Below are positions 32,366 to 41,698 of a stretch of DNA of 64,000 nucleotides, in pieces. A program made the position numbers and the translations under genes. The notes beneath the pieces are model-generated. The model searched no databases, had not been told where the DNA came from, and saw only the letters and a list, made by a program, of their open reading frames with translations. Source of the stretch: Verrucomicrobiota bacterium (GTDB taxonomy: Bacteria > Verrucomicrobiota > Verrucomicrobiia > Opitutales > JABDGR01); the NCBI GenBank assembly GCA_013285985.1, contig JABDGR010000001.1, forward strand, positions 67-64,066, in the 5' to 3' direction. The first letter of the stretch is position 1, and each line of letters starts with the position of its first letter.

Positions 32366-33016
32366 CTAATTCCCTGCGTCATCCGGTTTCATATACCACT
32401 TGCCGTTGATTTTGACGAAGACCAAGGAGTTATGAATATCGGAAGTGGTGAACGCGCCGTTTTCCAAGTCGGACATTGATGGGGTAGTGTAAATATAAGT
32501 GGCTTCGTCACCAGCAGCGTTAAAAATAGGCGCCTGATTCAAGAGGGCTTCGAAAGCCTGCGCCCTCGCTTCATATCTATGCTGCGTGGCTTCTTTTCCT
32601 TGCCGGCCCATGGCATCCACGCGAGCTTGAATCTGATCCTGCTGCGCTTGCAGTGCTTGCACCCGGTCTTCATGGATTTTGTCGGGCGGGGTGTAGGCTC
32701 GCAATATCGCCACCAAGTTATTGGTCCGGTATAAATTCGCCATATCGGTGAGGGCGGCATTCAACTCAATTCTGGACCCGGCGTTGGGGTCTTTGGGCGG
32801 TGTGGCGGCGACAGGCGCAGCGGCTGAATTCGGCGCCGGCGGCGCAACTTGCTTGGGTGCTTCAATTTTACTCAGCGAAGGCACAGTAGTTTTGCTCGGC
32901 GCAGGCGCAGAGGCAGTTTTTTCCGGGACAGTTGCGGCGGGGCGCAGAAACCACCAAATGCCCATACCGGCGAGGACAACGATGAGAACAGCCAAGGTGA
33001 AGTTTTTAGGCCTCAT
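32366..33016 (-). CDS. Stand-alone membrane-anchored NGxWY-domain protein (paralog B)
   Basis: The ATG at 33016 gives MRPKNFTLAVLIVVLAGMGIWWFLRP, then an AP-rich linker, YTPPDKI, APIFNAAGDEATYIY and FVKINGKWYMK. The track start at 33052 adds 12 codons. Confidence 0.85.
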   Translation of the reverse strand: MRPKNFTLAVLIVVLAGMGIWWFLRPAATVPEKTASAPAPSKTTVPSLSKIEAPKQVAPPAPNSAAAPVAATPPKDPNAGSRIELNAALTDMANLYRTNNLVAILRAYTPPDKIHEDRVQALQAQQDQIQARVDAMGRQGKEATQHRYEARAQAFEALLNQAPIFNAAGDEATYIYTTPSMSDLENGAFTTSDIHNSLVFVKINGKWYMKPDDAGN

Positions 33017-33103
33017 GGCGTTTTTCTTCGCATTTTGTATCCAAGAAGGCAAACACTTCTGTTAGCCGGCAGCAAATCAGCTTGAATTTTGGCTTTGTTC
33101 TTT

Positions 33104-33317
33104 TTCGCCCTGAAGGCGCGGAGGAATCCAGCCCACGGGTTGGGCGAAGCGAAACCCTGGGAATTAGTAACGGATGTATTTTGCGCCCTGTAGGGGCGCA
33201 GGAGCATGGCTCCATTCTCCTCCGCCCTTACAGGGCGGGAGATATAATATGTTCCCATTACCCAGGGTATCGCTTCGCTCAACCCTGGGCTTTGCTCCAG
33301 CAGCCTTTCAGGCTGCC
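33104..33317. repeat. ~215-bp composite of GC-rich hairpins, copy 1 (homologous to 46851-47068)
   Basis: Shares its order of hairpins with copy 2: CCCAGGGTT..AACCCTGGG (twice), GCGCCCTGTAGGGGCGC, CCGCCCTTACAGGGCGG, GCAGCCTTTCAGGCTGC. Confidence 0.8.
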
Positions 33318-33418
33318 GGGTAAAGTTTGAAAACAACCTATTACAAGGGAGGATTTATACCAAAAACGGACGACACGGAGGTCGTCCCTCCGGGGATTTC
33401 ACCAACTCCAAACGCGAT

Positions 33419-33440
33419 AAAAGCGGCGTCAAGCCGCCAC
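33419..33440 (-). terminator. Intrinsic-terminator-like hairpin downstream of rnr
   Basis: Minus strand reads GTGGCG-GCTTGA-CGCCGC-TTTTAT (one G-U pair). Same family as 29193-29214 and 32325-32346. Confidence 0.5.
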
Positions 33441-33479
33441 AGGCCAAAGACCAAATCGCTAGGCCCGCCGGGCCCTACC

Positions 33480-35921
33480 CTACCGCCGGCGGCGGCGGCG
33501 GTTATCTTTGTGCGAGCGCGGGGGTTGATGGCGGTCCTGGCGCTGGCCGGGGCGCATCTTTCTATTCTGTGAAACCATCGCGGGCGTGACGGAAGAATTT
33601 TCACGCTGCTGGCCGGAGGTGCGCGGGCCGCCTTCCTGGACGACGCGGAAGTCAATCTGGCGCTTGTAGCGGTCCACGCGGAAGACTTCGACGGGAATTT
33701 CCTGGCCGAGGGAGAATTTGCGCCGGGTGCGGCGGCCGACGAGTTCGCGGCCGTCGGCGGAGATGGAATACAAATCGTCCTGCAGCGAGGAGAGCGGGAC
33801 GAAGCCGTAGGCCATGGATTCGCGGAGCTCGATGAAGAAGCCGTGGTTGCGGATGTCCGTGATGAGGGCGGGGAATTGCTGGCGCGGGGTGCGCTGGGCC
33901 TCGCGCTCGAAAAATTCGAGGAGCTTGAGCTTCACGGTCTCGCGCTCGGCGTCGGTGCTGTTGCGCTCGGTCAGGCTCAAGTGGCGGGCAAGGGCGTCGA
34001 GGTCGGCCTGATTATAGCGCACGGGCGCGGGGGCGGCATGGCCGGCGCCGGTGCGGGCGAGGTAATTGTCGAAAATGCGGTGCACCACGAGGTCGGAATA
34101 GCGGCGGATGGGCGACGTGAAGTGGGTATAGAATTTTTTGTAGAGGCCGTAATGGCCGTCCACCGACGCGCGGTAGCAGGCCTGCTTCAAGCTGCGGAGG
34201 AACTGCGTCTTCAGCGTGTGGCCCTGCGGGTGGCGGCGGATTTTATCGAGCACGCGGATGATTTCCTGGCGCTGGGTCAAATCGCCGGCCTGGACGCCGA
34301 AGGTGGCGAGCAAGTCGCGCAGCTCGATTAATTTTTCGGGGTCGGGCTGATCGTGCACGCGGGAGAGGAACGGCAGGCCGGCCTCGTGCAGCGCGCGGGC
34401 GACGACCTCGTTGGCCAGGAGCATGAATTCCTCGACGAGCTGGTGGCTTTCGTCGTTTTGAATCAATTCGAGGCGGTCGGCATAGCCGTCGGCATCGGTG
34501 AAAATTTTGACTTCGGGAAAATCGAAATCGAGGCTGCCCTTTTGCATGCGGGCGACGCGCATCGGCTCGGCGAGGCTCCACAGTGTGCGCACGGCGTCGC
34601 GAAGCTCGACGAGTTCGGCGTCGTTGAGCGAGGAAAGCGGACGGCCCGTCGAACCGGTGGCATGCGCGGGCGGCAGAGGCAAGGCGCGCAGCAGGGCGAG
34701 GTCGTTTTCCTTGAGCAGCGCGAAGGCCTGGCGATAAGTGAGGCGTTTGCGGCTGCGGATGACGGTGTTGGCAAAGCGCGTGGCCTTGATTTTGCCGTTC
34801 GCGCTGAAGGTAACAAAGACGCTCTTCGTCAGACGATCCTGCGCTTCGACGAGGCTGCAGAGGCCGTTCGAGAGCACGTGGGGCAGCATGGGGACGACGC
34901 AGCCGACGAGATAGGTTGAATTGCCGCGGGCGCGGGCCTCTTTATCGAGCGCGGTGCCGGGGCGGACGTACGCGCTGACATCCGCGATGTGGATGCCGAT
35001 GCGCAAATCGCCGCCGGGAAGATGCTCGACGGAAAGGGCGTCGTCGAAATCCTTGGCATCGTCGGGGTCAATGGTGATGGTGAAAATGTTGCGGATGTCC
35101 TCGCGGCCGACTTGGTCGCGCGGGCGGACTTCGGGCGGGATGGACGCGGCCTCGAGCAAGACCGGCTCCGGAAACTCCGGCTGCAGGTGATATTTATAGA
35201 GGATGGCCTTGAACTCCGCGCCGGGCGTGTGCGTGACGCCGAGGTTTTCGATAATGTCGCCGGTGGGGCTTTGGTGCGGCTGCGTCCATTCGTGCAGGCG
35301 CACGAGGACTTTGTCGCCCGGTTTGGGCGGGGGGAAGACGGAGCTTTGCGCGGGGTCGGCGACGAGGACGGTGCGGACGAAGCGCGGGTCGTCGGGCGTG
35401 ACGTTCCAAAATTGGTGGTCGCGGCGGAGGGTGCCGGCGATGGTGTCATGCGCGCGTTCGAGGACGCGGATGATGCGGCCGTGTTTCTCGTCGGCGGAGC
35501 CGGGCTTGCCGGCGCGCCAGGGCCGGGCGCGTTTGTTTTCGCGCACGAGGACGAGGTCGCCATGCAGGGCGGTGCCGGTGTCCTGCGCGGGGATGTGCCA
35601 GGGCGGGCCGAGGGACGCGCCATCCGGGCCTTCCGGCAGAAACACGGCGACGCCGCTCTGGCGGAACTTGACGCGGCCGCTTTGCAAATCGGCGTCGCGG
35701 GGAATGACAAAACGGTCCTGCTTGACCTTGGCGATGAAGCCCTTGTTCAGCAGACTCTGAATGAGGGCGCTGAATTTTTTATCGTCGCGACGATCGAGGC
35801 GCAGGGCCGCGGCAAGGTCTTCCACGCGCATCGGCGTGTAATCTTTGCGGCGGAGCAATTCGAGCAGGCGGTCCTCGAGGGTGGCATCGGGCGGGCCGGG
35901 TCTATCTTCGGTTCTCATCAA
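33480..35921 (-). CDS. rnr: Ribonuclease R
   Basis: 813 aa. RNB-domain text (ITIDPDDAKDFDDALSVE, NSTYLVGCVVPMLP), a C-terminal S1-like segment and a basic tail (KDNRRRRRR). Confidence 0.93.
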   Translation of the reverse strand: MMRTEDRPGPPDATLEDRLLELLRRKDYTPMRVEDLAAALRLDRRDDKKFSALIQSLLNKGFIAKVKQDRFVIPRDADLQSGRVKFRQSGVAVFLPEGPDGASLGPPWHIPAQDTGTALHGDLVLVRENKRARPWRAGKPGSADEKHGRIIRVLERAHDTIAGTLRRDHQFWNVTPDDPRFVRTVLVADPAQSSVFPPPKPGDKVLVRLHEWTQPHQSPTGDIIENLGVTHTPGAEFKAILYKYHLQPEFPEPVLLEAASIPPEVRPRDQVGREDIRNIFTITIDPDDAKDFDDALSVEHLPGGDLRIGIHIADVSAYVRPGTALDKEARARGNSTYLVGCVVPMLPHVLSNGLCSLVEAQDRLTKSVFVTFSANGKIKATRFANTVIRSRKRLTYRQAFALLKENDLALLRALPLPPAHATGSTGRPLSSLNDAELVELRDAVRTLWSLAEPMRVARMQKGSLDFDFPEVKIFTDADGYADRLELIQNDESHQLVEEFMLLANEVVARALHEAGLPFLSRVHDQPDPEKLIELRDLLATFGVQAGDLTQRQEIIRVLDKIRRHPQGHTLKTQFLRSLKQACYRASVDGHYGLYKKFYTHFTSPIRRYSDLVVHRIFDNYLARTGAGHAAPAPVRYNQADLDALARHLSLTERNSTDAERETVKLKLLEFFEREAQRTPRQQFPALITDIRNHGFFIELRESMAYGFVPLSSLQDDLYSISADGRELVGRRTRRKFSLGQEIPVEVFRVDRYKRQIDFRVVQEGGPRTSGQQRENSSVTPAMVSQNRKMRPGQRQDRHQPPRSHKDNRRRRRR

Positions 35922-36359
35922 TTAAGGAAATTTGGGCGGGGTGCGGCCCTCGTCCACTTCGATAAAATCGAACATGGTGAGGATTTCGCCGATGCGGTGC
36001 TCGAGTTTGGCTTCTTTGAGGCGCATATGAAGGCGGGGCGTGGCGGTGTCGCGCCAGCCGCGCCGGAGGAGAAATTCGTTGAGTTCGGTGATTTCGTCAG
36101 TGGACGGCATACGACCATGCTCGAAGCACCACTGGAGGGCGGCTTCATCGGAGGCGCCGGCGAGGACCTGCTTTTTGAGGTCGTCGTATTTGACGCCGAG
36201 GAAACTGCAGCAACGGGCGTCAAAACCGCCGCCGAGGTTTTCGAGGTAATCCTTGCCGAGGGCGCTGGCGGCGTGCAGGCGGATTTTGTCCAGCATGCGG
36301 GGGAAATAGACGAGGCCGCCGGTCTTGTCATAACAACTGCGGGGGAACTTGGTGCTCAT
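35922..36359 (-). CDS. DUF5069-family protein
   Basis: The ATG at 36359 gives MSTKFPRSCYDKTGGLVYFPRMLDKIRLHA...FLGVKYDDLKKQV...ALQWC, the pattern I associate with DUF5069. Its stop abuts the rnr start codon. The track start at 36458 is over-extended. Confidence 0.7.
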   Translation of the reverse strand: MSTKFPRSCYDKTGGLVYFPRMLDKIRLHAASALGKDYLENLGGGFDARCCSFLGVKYDDLKKQVLAGASDEAALQWCFEHGRMPSTDEITELNEFLLRRGWRDTATPRLHMRLKEAKLEHRIGEILTMFDFIEVDEGRTPPKFP

Positions 36360-36523
36360 GGAAATAGGGAGATGGAGGAACCACGTTAACAGATTTCCGG
36401 CGCAGGGGAAGCACAACCGGCATGCCAATATTGACGCATTTTGAAATGACCTAAACAAGCGCCTAAAGAGCGGATTGGCCAGAGCCTAAAACTCTCCAGA
36501 AAACGACGAGCAGAGAATAAGAA

Positions 36524-37711
36524 CTAATTTGCCAAGAAACCTACCGTTTTTGCTTTTGGCATGGTTTTTATTTTAGCTGATAACTCTGTTTGGGTGAAGA
36601 GTGAAGGCCATTCGAGATTGATTGAAATTATATATGTCTCGCCGTCTTTTCGGTGTCGTATTGCCTGTAGATGTATGAGTTGATTCAAGTCCCTAATCAA
36701 AATCTTGTAAGGATTTTTTATTGTGTATGCCCATTTTGTTTTTTCGGTAATGGCCTCTAAGGTTAATTCTCCTTCCTGCAAGAGAAGTTTCAATACCTCA
36801 AATTGGCGCCCTGTTACTACACGTTTTCTGGGAGAGGTTAAGCGCCCAACTAACTCCGTCATGGTTTGCCTAAATAACGCCTTCGAAATATGCTCTTTTA
36901 TTTCTGAAAATAGGCGTTTGCATTGCTGTTCTATACCTTTTAGGCCAAGTAAAATGAATGGCGTCAAATCGTACTCTTGAGCACGTACGTCTGCCAACGC
37001 CTTTAGGTAAGCATTTTTTTCGTCATAATAATAATTGGACATTGCGATAAAGAGCGGTGTTTCGCGCAACCCAACTCTTTGAAGCATCAAGGCTTCTAAT
37101 GCTCGAGCTGTGCGACCATTGCCATCGAGAAAGGGATGCATGGCCGCAAAATGGTAATGTAACGCGAGTGCCTGTATAAGTGGGTCGTGGTCCTGGAACT
37201 CAGTCCGCACCGCCTCGCAAAGAGACTGGAAGGATTGGCAGACCATGTCGCCACCTGGTGCGCCACGATGCCTTGGATGTCCAAAAATGACATTGTCATC
37301 CGGGCCACGCAGTTTTCCGGGTGGGCAGTGATCATCATCTGCACCCGTGACGATGAGTCTGTGAATTTCGCAAATAAGCTCTTCATTGACTGGCCTATCG
37401 GCCGGCTGTTGGGCAATCCACCGATACGCATTTGCGGCAGCAGCGGCTTGTTTTTGAGAACGCGTTTCTAATTGTTCCACAGATTCGTGCATGGCTGCAT
37501 CTAACTCTTTGTCTGTAAATTCAGCTCCTTCAATTTTTGAAGTGCCAGCCACCTCGCGTTTAAGTTGAATACGCCGCATTTCATCAGCCCATTCACGCTG
37601 ATAGGGCATACTCGTCAGCGAAATAACCATTGCCTTTGCCGTGGACAATGGGCCTAGAACTTGGCCTTTATCGTATTTCAGCCAGCTTTGGGGGCGAGTG
37701 TAACGGATCAT
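36524..37711 (-). CDS. Fic family protein (class II, N-terminal inhibitory motif; C-terminal wHTH-like region)
   Basis: Fic active-site motif HPFLDGNGRTAR and an upstream TSKIEG that matches the (S/T)xxxE(G/N) auto-inhibition motif. The track start at 37723 is TTG; the first ATG is at 37711. Lies in the low-GC islet. Confidence 0.88.
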   Translation of the reverse strand: MIRYTRPQSWLKYDKGQVLGPLSTAKAMVISLTSMPYQREWADEMRRIQLKREVAGTSKIEGAEFTDKELDAAMHESVEQLETRSQKQAAAAANAYRWIAQQPADRPVNEELICEIHRLIVTGADDDHCPPGKLRGPDDNVIFGHPRHRGAPGGDMVCQSFQSLCEAVRTEFQDHDPLIQALALHYHFAAMHPFLDGNGRTARALEALMLQRVGLRETPLFIAMSNYYYDEKNAYLKALADVRAQEYDLTPFILLGLKGIEQQCKRLFSEIKEHISKALFRQTMTELVGRLTSPRKRVVTGRQFEVLKLLLQEGELTLEAITEKTKWAYTIKNPYKILIRDLNQLIHLQAIRHRKDGETYIISINLEWPSLFTQTELSAKIKTMPKAKTVGFLAN

Positions 37712-37761
37712 TACCAAATTCAATTCATTTCCAGAATTATAGCAAGCATTAAATTCATAAA

Positions 37762-38400
37762 ATGTTGGATGATAATGAAATAAAAGTTTTAAGTAAATTT
37801 TTACTCGACTTTAAAATCAATTTCGTTTCCAGTCCATTTCCTCGATTTATGAGCACTATTTATCTCAATTCGTTTTTCCCGATTAATCAGATTACGGCGA
37901 ACAAGTTGATGGCTGTTTGCGCCCAGCTTATCGCCAGCGAAAAGCCCGAACGACTTTATTTCCTCTTCGCTTCACCCGGCGGCGAAGTTCCTGCAGGCAT
38001 AGTAATTTATCATTATCTAAGGGCACTCCCCGTCAAGGTGACGATGCACAACATCGGCTCGATAGATTCAATCGCCAATGTAATTTTTCATGCCGCTGAT
38101 GAACGCAAGGCCGTACCGCAATCCACATTTTTATTTCACGGTGTCAGCTTGGGACTGGAAAAGGTAAGTTTAAACCGAAATCAACTTCAAGAGCTTAGCA
38201 GCCAATTAAGCGCCGATGAAATGAAAATCGCCACGATTCTAGCTGCCCGTTGCAACCTCACGCATGGGGATATCGAGTCCATGTTTGTCCAAGGCGTAAC
38301 CAAAGACGCCGTCTTTGCGAAGGACAAAGGCATCATTCAGGAGATTTCTCAGCCTGTCATCCCCCCAGACGCAAAGTTCATTAGCCTGAACTTTACCTAA
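37762..38400 (+). CDS. ClpP-like (clan SK, Clp/crotonase fold) serine protease family protein
   Basis: Aligns by eye to ClpP. LFASPGGEVPAGIVIY matches INSPGGxxTAGxxIY, NIGSIDSIANVIF matches GQAASMGAFLL (catalytic Ser position), and STFLFHGV matches SRVMIHQP (His position). An alternative start is M31 at 37852. Confidence 0.7.
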   Translation: MLDDNEIKVLSKFLLDFKINFVSSPFPRFMSTIYLNSFFPINQITANKLMAVCAQLIASEKPERLYFLFASPGGEVPAGIVIYHYLRALPVKVTMHNIGSIDSIANVIFHAADERKAVPQSTFLFHGVSLGLEKVSLNRNQLQELSSQLSADEMKIATILAARCNLTHGDIESMFVQGVTKDAVFAKDKGIIQEISQPVIPPDAKFISLNFT

Positions 38401-38614
38401 GGCGGAGGGGTCTCCGGCCCAAAAAATGACCGGAAAGGCCACGTTTTTGAAATAAGGCGTTTCCATAGCGGTTAAAAATACCCTCCGATGAGGTGTTATA
38501 CAAGGGCTTTTATCACTTAGATTTGCTCCGTGCAATGGCTCCGTTGGCTGCGTTGGATAGATTTGATGCGTTTGATAGGTTGGGTTCTGCTTAGCAGAGT
38601 AGTCTCCCTTCTTG

Positions 38615-39880
38615 TTACGGCTCGTGTTTGACGGTGGATAGATCCAGCTTGCCGAGTTTGGGAGCGAGGAGGGCCGTGGCCGCGGCGACGACGAGGGTCA
38701 TGCAGCCGCCAAAAACCACCGAGGGCACGGTGCCCATGAGCTTGGCCATGACGCCGGATTCGAATTCACCAATTTCGTTGGAGGAGCCGACGAAGATGGA
38801 GCTGACCGCGGCGACGCGGCCCTTCATGTGGTCGGGCGTGACAATCTGGAACATCGTCCAGCGGACAAAGACGCTGACGGCGTCGAAACCGCCGCTGAGG
38901 AAGAGACAGAACATAGAGAGCCAGAAATTGGTGCTGATGCCGAAGAGAATCATGGAGACGCCGAAACCGACGACGTTCCATAACAAGGCCGGGCCGGCGC
39001 GGCGCGTAATGGGGTAATAGGACAAATAGACGCCGACAACGGCAGAGCCGGCGGCGGGCGCGGCGCGTAGAAAACCGAGGCCGATGGCGCCAGTGTGTAG
39101 AATCTGGTCTGAATAAATCGGCAGCAAAGCGACCGCGCCACCGAAGAGCACAGCAAATAAATCGAGCGTCATCGCGCCGAGGATAACCTGGCTACGGAAG
39201 ACGAAGCGGAGGCCTTCATGAATGCTGGCGACGACGGATTGCTCGGTGCGTTGCGGGGTAACCGGCTGAACCGGGATGGGGAGAAGGCTGACCCAGCCGA
39301 TTAAGAGTGCGAGGACGGAAAGACCGTACGTCACCGCGGCGCCGAAGTAGGCGAAGCAAATCCCGCCCGCGGCCGGGCCGCCGATGCACGCGGCCTGCCA
39401 GACGTTCGCGTTCCAGACGGAGGCGTTGCCATAGAGTTCAGGCGGGACGATTTGGCCGAGCAACCCGAAATGCGCCGGGCTGAGAAAACCACGGCAAAGC
39501 CCGGTAAAAAAGATGACGGCGTAGATAATCCAGAGGTGCGTCAGAAGAAAATCGTGAAACATCGGCAGGGAAGCCGCGGCGAGGGCGGCGGTGGCGAGCA
39601 GAAGCAGACCGTTCGACATTAATAGAATAGTCCGACGGCTCATCACGTCGGCGACATGGCCGGCGAAGAGAGAAACGCCCAAAGCCGGCACGGCCTCGGC
39701 CAGGCCGATGAGGCCCATCTTGAGGGGGTCGTGGGTCAACTGGTAAATCTGCCAGCCGACGGCGACGCTTTGAATCTGGATGGCGCTGGAGCCAAAGAGG
39801 CGGTAGAGCCAGAAGGCGCGATACGCGGGCAGGCGGAAGGCGGCGTAGGCGTCGGTCGGCGGAGTAATGGCGTCCGGCAT
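38615..39880 (-). CDS. MFS transporter
   Basis: About 12 hydrophobic segments and the MFS motif-A-like GHVADVMSRRTILL. ATG at 39880 (MPDAITPP...); the track start at 39916 is 12 codons longer. Confidence 0.85.
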   Translation of the reverse strand: MPDAITPPTDAYAAFRLPAYRAFWLYRLFGSSAIQIQSVAVGWQIYQLTHDPLKMGLIGLAEAVPALGVSLFAGHVADVMSRRTILLMSNGLLLLATAALAAASLPMFHDFLLTHLWIIYAVIFFTGLCRGFLSPAHFGLLGQIVPPELYGNASVWNANVWQAACIGGPAAGGICFAYFGAAVTYGLSVLALLIGWVSLLPIPVQPVTPQRTEQSVVASIHEGLRFVFRSQVILGAMTLDLFAVLFGGAVALLPIYSDQILHTGAIGLGFLRAAPAAGSAVVGVYLSYYPITRRAGPALLWNVVGFGVSMILFGISTNFWLSMFCLFLSGGFDAVSVFVRWTMFQIVTPDHMKGRVAAVSSIFVGSSNEIGEFESGVMAKLMGTVPSVVFGGCMTLVVAAATALLAPKLGKLDLSTVKHEP

Positions 39881-39982
39881 TTTCCCCAAAATCCCGCGTG
39901 CGAGCGCGCGAGTCAATGGCGGAACGCGGGATGGCGCGGGGCCTCAGGTGTTTCCCCAAGAGAATAAGACTGGCGGAACGGA

Positions 39983-41698
39983 ATGCTTTCGCCAGTGTTT
40001 GTTTTGACCATGGGCCTTTGCCGCCGAGCCAGCAGCATCCTTTGCGCCGCCGCAATCCTTGTGGCCGGCGCCCCGCCCGCCCGTGCCGCCACAGTGGTGG
40101 CCGCGGCGAATGATTATATACCCAGCGCCGAGCGGGTGGTGGTGGTGGCCAACTCGCGCGAGCCGGAGTCGGAAAAAATCGCGCGTTACTACATGCAGAA
40201 GCGCCAGATACCCGAAAAAAACCTGATCCTGCTCGACGCACCCACCGCCGCGGACATCACCTGGACGGAATTTGTGGAGCAGATTTTCAACCCGTTGCGC
40301 GCGCGGCTGACGAAAGACGGCTGGCTGACGGCCTACGTCAGCGGCCAAAAAGACGGTGAGGGACGGTTGCGCTACGTCTTCTTCGGAAACAAAATTGATT
40401 TTCTCGTCGTATGCTACGGCGTGCCCATCCGGATCCAAAACGACCCGGCGCGCCTCGTGGAAACGGCGCTGACGCGCGAACATAAAGAATTGAAAAGCAA
40501 CCAAGCCGCGGTGGATAGCGAACTCGCCCTGCTCGCCGCGCCGGAGACGCCAACGACGGGCCTGGTCGCCAACCCGCTATTCCAAATCGCCAAGCCGGAC
40601 AATTTTATCCGCGCGGAAGTCGTCAAGGTCGCGCGGCTGGACGGCCCGGACCCGGCGGCGGTGCGCGGCCTGGTGGACAGCGCGCTGGCTGGCGAAGCGA
40701 ACGGCTTGCAAGGCCGCGCGTACATCGACATGGGCGGGCCGCACCAGCAAGGCGAAGACTGGCTGAAGTCCGCCAGCGCGGCGCTGCGCAAGCTCGGCTT
40801 CGACGTGAGCGAGGACCACAACCGGGAGCTTTTTGGCTGGCAGGATCGTTTTGACGCCCCCGCTTTTTATTTCGGCTGGTATTCCGACCATCTCTCCGGC
40901 CCGATTTCCGATCCGAAGTTTCGCTTTCCGCCCGGCGCCATCGCGGTCCACATCCACAGTTTTTCCGCGAGCGTGATTCGCAGCCCCGACCAGCAATGGG
41001 TCGGCCCGCTGGTGGAACGCGGGGTCGCGGCCACGCTGGGCAACGTTTACGAACCGTACCTTGCCTTCACGCACCATCTGGATTTGTTCATGGAGGCGCT
41101 CGCGGCGGGCAAGACGACGGGCGAAGCCGCCTATTACTCGCTGCCGGCGCTGAGCTGGCAGGAAGTCTTCATCGGCGACCCACTCTATCGGCCTTTTGCC
41201 TTCGGCCTGCCCGAGCAACTGGCTCGCGCCAAGAGCGCACCGAACGCCTATTCGACGTATACGGTCATCCGGCAAATGAACCTGTTGCAGGGAGCGGGAA
41301 ATACTGCCGATGCGCTGGCGTTTGGGCAGGAGGCCTTCGACCATCAACCGGATTTGGCGCTGGCCTTTGCGCTCGCGCAACTCGACCACGCGCTCGGCCA
41401 CGACCTCGACGCGTTCAAGCACCTGGCCTGGGCGGCGACCATCGGCCCGGTGACGCGCGGGGATTTGGGGTTGTTCGCCGAAGCCGCGCGCTGGGCCGCG
41501 GCCAATGGCGGCCGGCCGCTGGCGCTCGACTTGCTCACCAAGGCCCTCGCGGCGGAGGCGAGCCCGGAGTTTCTCAAAACCATTTTGCCCGAAGCCATCG
41601 GCCTCGCTGGCGACGCCGGCAACGCGGACCTGCATGATCGCTGGCAAAAGCAACTCGATGGACTCACCCCCCACCCCGACCATGCCGCCGCCCAATAA
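39983..41698 (+). CDS. Secreted TIGR03790-like hypothetical protein with helical (TPR-like) C-terminal third
   Basis: Signal-like N-terminus (..AAILVAGAPPARAA), then VVVVANSREPESEKIARYYMQKRQIPEKNLILLD, IDFLVVCYGVPIRI and AAVDSELALL. I recognise this pattern from memory as the TIGR03790 family; it was not searched. Alternative start at 40010. Confidence 0.6.
   Translation: MLSPVFVLTMGLCRRASSILCAAAILVAGAPPARAATVVAAANDYIPSAERVVVVANSREPESEKIARYYMQKRQIPEKNLILLDAPTAADITWTEFVEQIFNPLRARLTKDGWLTAYVSGQKDGEGRLRYVFFGNKIDFLVVCYGVPIRIQNDPARLVETALTREHKELKSNQAAVDSELALLAAPETPTTGLVANPLFQIAKPDNFIRAEVVKVARLDGPDPAAVRGLVDSALAGEANGLQGRAYIDMGGPHQQGEDWLKSASAALRKLGFDVSEDHNRELFGWQDRFDAPAFYFGWYSDHLSGPISDPKFRFPPGAIAVHIHSFSASVIRSPDQQWVGPLVERGVAATLGNVYEPYLAFTHHLDLFMEALAAGKTTGEAAYYSLPALSWQEVFIGDPLYRPFAFGLPEQLARAKSAPNAYSTYTVIRQMNLLQGAGNTADALAFGQEAFDHQPDLALAFALAQLDHALGHDLDAFKHLAWAATIGPVTRGDLGLFAEAARWAAANGGRPLALDLLTKALAAEASPEFLKTILPEAIGLAGDAGNADLHDRWQKQLDGLTPHPDHAAAQ

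Noticed and set aside
36460-38614. Possible direct repeats flanking the low-GC islet (agcagag at ~36507-36513 and ~38593-38599)
   Set aside because: Only 7 nt are shared, which is not significant, and no integrase or tRNA target is present.
40577-41695. Minus-strand ORF of 372 aa opposite the TIGR03790-like gene
   Set aside because: Shadow ORF; the plus frame has a signal peptide and family-typical boxes, while the minus frame is Arg/Gly-rich.
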